DNA of 64,000 bases from Octopus bimaculoides (taxonomy: Eukaryota), in NCBI RefSeq assembly GCF_001194135.2, contig NC_068982.1, positions 155,168,460-155,232,459 on the forward strand, written 5' to 3'. The stretch's first letter is position 1; each line of letters starts with the position of its first letter. The notes under the pieces are model-generated. The model was not told the DNA's origin and ran no database searches. It worked only from the letters and a program-made list of their open reading frames with translations. Position numbers and translations under genes: made by a program. Shown piece after piece: positions 38,850 through 47,400 of the stretch.

Positions 38850-41205
38850 NNNNNNNNNNNNNNNNNNNNNNNNNNNNNNNNNNNNNNNNNNNNNNNNNNN
38901 NNNNNNNNNNNNNNNNNNNNNNNNNNNNNNNNNNNNNNCATCGTCGTTTAAAGTCTGCTTTCCATGCTGGCATGAGTTGGACGGTTTGACTGAGGACTGG
39001 TGAGCCAGAAGGCTGCACCAGGCTCCAATCTGATCTGGCAAAGTTTCTACAGCTAGATGCCCTTCCTAATGCCAACCACTGAGAATGTAGTGGGTGCTTT
39101 TACGTGCCATCGGCACGAGGACCAGTCGGGCAGTTCTGGCAACGACCATGCTCCAAAGGTGTTTTTTACATGCTACCTGCACAGGAGCCAGTCTGGCGGC
39201 ACTGGCAACAAACATGCTCAAATGTTGTTTTTCACATGCCACCAGTACATGTGTAAGTAAGGTGATGTTGGCAACGATCATGCTTGAATGGTGCTTTTTA
39301 CGTGCCACCGGCACGGGAGCCAATCAGCGACCCTGGCAATGATCACACTCAGATGGTGCTTTTAACGTTCCACCGGCACGAGTGCTAATCAGGCGGGACT
39401 GTCATCGGCCACATCAGCGATTTTGATCTTGGTTTCACTTGCCTCAACAAGTCTTTGCAAGCAAAGTTTATTGTCCAATGAATGAGGGGTACTCATAAGT
39501 GGGCTGGTTACACCCACGAGCATAGGCCATGGGTTATGGTCTCACTTGGCTTGTTGGGTCTTCTCATGCACAGCATATCTCCAAAGGTCTCAGTCACTAG
39601 TCATTGCCTCAGTAAGGCCCAATGTTCGAAGGTTGTGCTTCACCACCTCATCCCAGGTCTTCCTGGGTCTACCTCTTCCACAGGTTCCCTCAACTGCTAG
39701 GGATGTTAGACACTTTTTCACACAGTTGTCCTCATTCATTCGCAACACATGACCATACCAGCGCAGTTATCTCTCTTGCACACCACATCTGATACTTCTT
39801 AAATCCAACTTTTCTCTCAGGGCACTTATGTAAAAGAGAATAAAGAGAATAAAGAGAATAAAAGAGAATAAAGAAAATCTTACTCTGTTGTTGGCTCCTC
39901 TCTTTAAGAAACGAGTTCCAGCAAACTGATTTGACCGGCGACCAATTAGGGTTAAATAAATAGGTTTACCAAATACACAAATATCTAAGAGAAGTTAAGG
40001 AGAACAGAATGACAGTGTTGTAAATTCAGTGACCCTTTATTGCCACTATTCTTACAACTACATACTAAATAAGCTAAAGAGGACCTTCTAAGTAGTTACG
40101 TCACCTACAAGTAATAGTAGATTAATATCCCTCAAATTCACACCCAGTTGTTTTACAAAAACTAAAACTCATTGGATAATGTTGTCTTGGACACAATCAA
40201 TTAATTCAATATGTCAAAATAAAAGATGAGATGATAGTCCCAATTGGGACCTTTCCTCATAGGTCTGTTACATCAAGGCTGATATGAGATGAAACAAAAA
40301 GGAGAGTGGTCACTTAACTTACAAGAAATATCAGTAAAATTTCCCTTAAATCACAGTTCAATCTTAAAAAAAATAAATGAAGGCAGTGAAATTTTCACAC
40401 AATGATAAAACAAAAGGATATTGACTTGTCCAATAAAGCCATGTATAATGTTGATAACCCAGTCTGAATGCACCATATCTTTACATGGCTGTTGAAGAGC
40501 TGCATTCCAAACAAATTTACTTGAAGCAACATTTTTCACTCCTAAAATACAGTCTGAAAGAAAGAAAGGAGAGAAAAAAGTAAAATTTATAATATTCCAA
40601 ATAAAATATATGCTCTAGATTAGTTAGAAGAATGAATCAGAAACACTTTTTTTAAAGTTATTACACCTATCAATATTCATTCACTCAAACCCTATCTTTC
40701 AGTTACTTAAGGTCTATCAAGTAGTGATAACAGCCATGCTATGCTGAGGAGGTCTAAGAAGCTTAAAAATCATTTAGCAAAGATCAGACTCATTCACCAC
40801 TATGTTCCTCCATTCAATTTTTGCATAATTTAAATTTTGGAGATGTCTCCTTTGCCTTTCTTAGTATGAAACAATTTCTTGCTGACTTTAACTAATATTT
40901 TTGATTTATTACATTAAGCATGTTTGCATTAATTTAAGCACATTAGTTAAATTTGTTAATATAATTATGGCAAATAACGAGATTGGTAAAGATAAACATA
41001 ATGAGGGTGAAAATAATATTTTTGAAAGCATAATCAGGTATGGTTGTGTAGTTAAAATTTTGCTTCCCAACCACATGATTCAAGATTCAGTCCCACTGCC
41101 TTCCATCATGGGTTAGTCTCTTCTACAACAACCCTGGGCCAACCAAAGCTTTGTGAGGGTATGTGGTAGATAGAAACTGATAGAAGCTCGTCACACACAC
41201 AAGTA

Positions 41206-41249
<44 letters not shown>

Positions 41250-41441
41250 NNNNNNNNNNNNNNNNNNNNNNNNNNNNNNNNNNNNNNNNNNNNNNNNNNN
41301 NNNNNNNNNNNNNNNNNNNNNNNNNNNNNNNNNNNNNNNNNNNNNNNNNNNNNNNNNNNNNNNNNNNNNNNNNNNNNNNNNNNNNNNNNNNNNNNNNNNN
41401 NNNNNNNNNNNNNNNNNNNNNNNNNNNNNNNNNNNNNNNNN

Positions 41442-41490
<49 letters not shown>

Positions 41491-44400
41491 GGACAGAGTT
41501 GAAGTGTGAAGATAGTGTATGTGAATTGATCAACTCTGTAGGGTTAATTATGTAATCTTGTTATGCACATTGTGAACTATTCAATTCAACAGTAAATTTT
41601 CTATCAATTCACATACACTGTCTTCGCACACCAACTCTGTCAACCAGGTTGATAAATTGATAAAAAAAAACTTACCTTCTGGTAAAGTGTAAGGAGTAGC
41701 TGTAGTGTGAAACTTACTCCTGTCCACAAAAAGATATGAGTAAGAATCAGAATTGTGAGACGAATCTTTAGAACCTGATGGTGAGTTTGTTTGAGCCATG
41801 TTGTATTGTAGAGAGTGAGTTAAATCATAACTGTAACTGTAATTCAAATGAAATTAATATAATTAACAGTTAATTGTAGTAAATAGAGAAAATTCAGAAT
41901 CATCATGATTATCGACAACTTTTTATTATCCATGTCAACAATGGGTTGGCTGTGATATTTATCATTATCACAATGTAACAGCAATATTATGTGCCACGTA
42001 AAAAGTATTGGTGATAAATGCTACATAAAAAGCACACAGTAAACTCTGTAAAGTGGTTGATGTTAGGAAGGGCATCCAGCTGTAAAAACCAAGCCAAAAC
42101 AAACTATGGAACCTGATGTGAGCCCTGGCCTTGCTAGTTCCCGTCAAGCTATCCAACCCCTGAGAGCATGGAAAATGGACATTGAATGTTGATGATGGTA
42201 ACAAATACAACTGTTTAAATGTCTGAAAGTGTTGTTAATAAGAGCATATATGTCAGTGGTTTGGTGGACAAAGCCAATATTATGTATAGTTTCTACTCTG
42301 AATTTGTGAAGGCACATGGCTAAGTGGTTAAGGTGTTGTGCTCGTGATCATAAGAGCATGATTCTGATTCCCTGACCAGGTTGTGTGTTGTGTTCTTGAG
42401 TAAAACACTTCATTTTACATTGCTCCAGTCCACTCACCTGTAAATGAGTCCCCCTGCAATGGATCAGCTTCCCATTCATAGGAAGCCATGGGAAACAAGT
42501 AACCAGTCTGATGAGTCCGCAAACTCAAGACACAACTCATACAATTTGAATGTAACCTGGTACATATTCAAGAATAAGACACCTGACAAAGCTTGAAAAT
42601 CAAACCAATTGCAATGTATTGTAGATGTAAATATTTTTGTATCTAAAGACAAGATTAATAGTTTCATCTTTAGATTCAATTAGAATTGTGATTAATTCCT
42701 ACAGGTAAATTATCAATGTATCATTAACTATGAAATGGTTTTAGAATGAAAATAACCTTACCTGAAGTAGAAATTACTAGAAAGATCTACATTCTGAAAC
42801 ATTTTCACATATCTACAATAAAAGAGAATTAAAACATTGAGCTAATCACAGCAATTAATCAAATTTAAAATGCTAAACCATCATAATCTCAACATCATTT
42901 TAGTGCAAAGTAGCCCAATCCTAAGTCCACTCCTCAGGAAGGCCTAATATTCTTAGTTCCTTTCTTAATTCTGTATAAGTATTTTCCATGTTACACTGAA
43001 TCTAGATGAGTGTTATTCAAGTTTGATGCAGTCAGAATTGTATAAATAGTTTGGCAAGTTACAGCGAGATTCAACTCCTGCTGAAATGCATAAGCGAAAA
43101 TCAAACACATCTGAGCTGTTTTCTGTATCCACTAATGAAAAGAATTAGTATTGTTCATCACCAAATAATATTTCCTTAACCACTTGCCTGCAAATACATT
43201 AGCTGCACAACATTCTAAACATTAAATATATATTCACCTAACTCTCAGTTCACATATACATCAGCTGATACTCAGAATAAATTATCTTGTAGCTTAGATT
43301 CAGTAATCACTGAACAAGGAAAATCACATAACACCACATAGAGCATAACAATCAATTCTACATATGAGAGTATTACAAGTCTTTGTCTAAAATAATTTTA
43401 GAGCAATGCTAGCAATAACCTCTTATACAGAACTTGGTTGCAGTGTAACTATTAAAACAGAATAGAACTAATGTTGGGTCTTGTTAAAAGAAACTGTTTT
43501 TTAAATGCCATAATAGGAGTTGTGAAGGAACACAGCCTAGTGATTACGGTATAGCACTCATGATCAGAAGACTGTGGTTTTCCAGTAGTGTATTGTGTTC
43601 TTGAGCAAAACATTTCATTTCACATTACTCTTGTCCACTTGGCTATAAATGGGTTAACCCTGCAATGGACTGGCATTCTGTTCAGGGAGAACGTTGGCCT
43701 GCCAGCCTGCCTGCAAAGCCAGCAGTGTGGGATCATGCGAAAGCTACAATGCATGGTAGTACATTGTGACCAGCAGTATATAACATCCAATAATTTGGTC
43801 AATATAGTGATAATAAAAGTCATACAGCAATGATCATAAGTTGTAGAATAGCATTTACAGAGAAGTTTTATAATAGGAGTCATATAATAGCACTTGTATA
43901 ATAGTAGCACTTGTATAATAGAAGCACTTGTATAATATCATAAAATAACATTTATATAATAGAAGTAATATAATAGATGTATATAAGTCAAATAATAGCA
44001 ACCATATAGAAAAGATAATAATAGCAGTCATATAAATGAAGTCATAATCACAGGCAATAACAGAAGCTAAATAATGAAAATGATATCATATCAACAGCTA
44101 GATAACAAGTCATATAACAGCAGGCATACAATAACAAATCTATAATAATAAAAGAATTGGAGAAAAAAGACCAATGCCATACCGACTTTCATCCGAATGG
44201 ATATGATGAGTTCCCACATTAGGTATGTATATCATACATGTATCCTCAACTTTATAAATTGTGTGTGGACCAATTAATGCAACACGGCGCCGTTTTGTAA
44301 TTAAGATCATATAATAACCTTCTAAAAAACGTACAAACCCTGCAGAAAATAGAGAATATTACACATCAGTAAGCATAAAGCACTACAGATTAATAGGTAT

Positions 44401-47400
44401 TTTATTCAGAGAAGATGAAGTTTAGTTTATAAATAATATCTTTTAACAAAAGCACAAGTTCATAAATATATATGGGGTGGAATATAGCAGATAAAATCAA
44501 TACCAGTTTTGATTAGTACTAATTTTATCAACAATGGAAAGATGACTGTTAAAGTTGACGTCAATAGAAACTTAACTCAAAGCATAAAAATTTAGTCAGC
44601 AATTTAGTCATGAGTGAAAACTTGTTGCACATAAACAGAGTGCATTGTATACAAGTTTTTTTTTTTGGCAGTTTCTTCACAGTTTCAGCGAAGACAAAGG
44701 ATCTGTGCCCTTGACTTTTTGCAAGACAAGTAAGATTGATGCAGTTGTCATTCAGTTTGAGCAGCTGCAAGTTGATTATTGTGAGGAATATGTGGCTGGA
44801 AAGTAAACAACATGTTGCAATCAAAAAGGAACCAAAAAGAAAGAGAATCAGAAGATAGCCTGAAAAGTACTATAACTTACCAGCAATACCAAAAGCTGAT
44901 TCAGATTTAAACAACCCAGAACCACCTTTTAGAATACTTGATAGGGGTCTATTACCCGATTCGATCATTGCAAGTGTATTACGCACTTCATCTGCTGTGT
45001 ACACTTTCTGCAGGAAAAAAAAAGACATATTATGGTCAATATAATCCTACTACTAGCACTATCACTACCATTATTTTGAATACAATCTTTTTATTTAAAT
45101 TGTAAATGAAATTATGGTAGGCTCACATAGTCTAAGAAAGACAGCTCTGCAATTTCATGCTAAACCTGACAAATGATTCGTTTACAGTGATCAAGTGTTT
45201 GTGTTGTACATTAGCTCACTATCTCCATCAAATCAGTGTTGCTCAAACAGGTGCACAATGTACCACACGTCAGGTGTTGAAGTGATCAGAGAGTAATGTG
45301 AGAAGAAGTGTTTTGCTCAAGAACTCAATACATCACCTGTTCCAGGAATTGATTTCACAATCCTGAGTGCAACACCCTAAACACTCGGCCATGCACCTCA
45401 AGTAATTCTAAATGATAGCAGTCATATAAAAAGCAAACATATAACTTCCTCCCTGCAATCACAGAAGCCCTTTTCATAGTCTCTGAAACAGGTGGGAGAA
45501 AGCAATCTTCAAACTGGGGATCTGACTTGAATGCTCACAACAGAGTGTGCTCAATAAATAGCAGCCAACAGCCAGATGGATTTTAAACTGGGTGACGGAT
45601 TAATTCTACCATCTAAAAATATCTCTCCACAGGGCTTCCTTACTGTTTTGTCTATCAAATTTGTTTCACAAGACTTTGGTTGACCAGAAGTTACAGTGGA
45701 ATACACTTGTGTAAGAAACTACACAGTAGGATAAAACACAAAACTTACATAGTTGCACAGCAAAATTCTTAAACACAGCAATGCTTGCATCCATAGAACG
45801 TTTCTGTACAAGACAATTCCACTTACTTTAGTTGACATCAATGTAGAATACATGTCAGAAATTTCTAGGAATGATACTTCTTATAGACTAAAATCTTTTG
45901 CAAATGACTCAGTAGATATGGCACAAAGCTACAAGATCAGGAATCTTAAGATCATATCCACTGTGCACAGTGTATTTGGATACATTCATGAGTTCAGATT
46001 CAAATCAGAAATTAAGAACTAAATCTTCTGGATATATTTTCTACAATAAGCTGGTATTCTATCACAGGAAAAGTAGCATATCTGCTTTATCAGAGGAAGC
46101 AAAGAAAAGCTTACTTTCCAAAGATCAAACTCACTCCCCATAGTATACCACCATTCAATTTATAACTCTAATTTTACATTGATCTCCCTTGCTTTATTTC
46201 ATAGGAATATATTTTATTTGATAAAGCTATTGATACATTAAGTATGTTTATGAAAGATAAAAAAGTGACTAAGTTGATTGAAATTTTTTTAACCATACAT
46301 GAATAATGAATGACTGTAGAAAATTTGAAAAAAAAATGGATGCAATTTATGACCTTACCATGTCATCTTCCATAATTAGGTCACGTGGCTCATTTCTATG
46401 TATCTTGAGAATGCGAAACTTAGTCTCATCATTATTTGAACCAACGACATATATACGCTGAAAATGAGAGAATATTACAAGATACATTACCAAAAATAGA
46501 GATGGCCTATATTCAAAGAGAAAAAAGGCAAATAATAGTGAACTACAGATTTAAACACACTAACTGTAGATTTCCTATTCATGGAAGATTATACATTGTT
46601 TAATTACAAAAGATTCTCTAACCAATGAAGGAACCTCTATGTGGTCGTTCAAACTGCTAAAAGTAACAGCCAAATCTCCCTCAAATCATCTTAAAAAAGA
46701 AATGTTGGATAAAGGTGCCATGGATTACTTGGACATAACAAAAAGATGGGATAGTCATGACTGAAACACCTAAGTTATAAAAATAACTAAAGATTTTCAA
46801 TTCTAAAGAAATCAGTATGTCAACAACCAGTAAAGACAAACCAATAAGGGAACTTCTACATGGGAGTTGCACCTGCAAGAAATAGCAGACAAATGTCACT
46901 CATATCCAAACCCTGCCATCTTGAAAAGGAAGGGACACAGTAGATAATGTAGTTTGAAATATGTAATGCCCAACATAAGTACAGTGTAGTTATAGTTGGA
47001 ATGCTTTAATGGTTTGTTGAATCAGCACAAACCAGGAGCTAAATATTAGCAACAAACAGTTCTACAAATTTTATTACATGCACCTTCAGCTGAAATACTG
47101 AATATCCACCATGATTGCTCAACCTGCTCAAAATAGCAGCTAAATCTCCCTCAAATTACTCTCTTAAAAAAAAAGAATCAGATACAATGGATAATGTAAT
47201 CCAAAATACAGTATCATGAAAATAAAAGATGCAATGGTCAAGGAACCTCTAATCTTTCAGTCTGCTCAAAATAGCAGCCACATCTCCCTCAGATCACACT
47301 CTATCAGCTTTAAAAAAAAAAAGGCACATTGGAAAATATATTCTTAGACACAGCTTGTTAGACTAAACAAGATGTAACAGATGGAACTTCTGCTGTAGGT

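Noticed and set aside
39060-39420. Regularly spaced palindromic repeats resembling a CRISPR array
   Set aside because: Eukaryotic intron, degenerate units, no unique spacers, no cas genes; part of a LINE 3' UTR.
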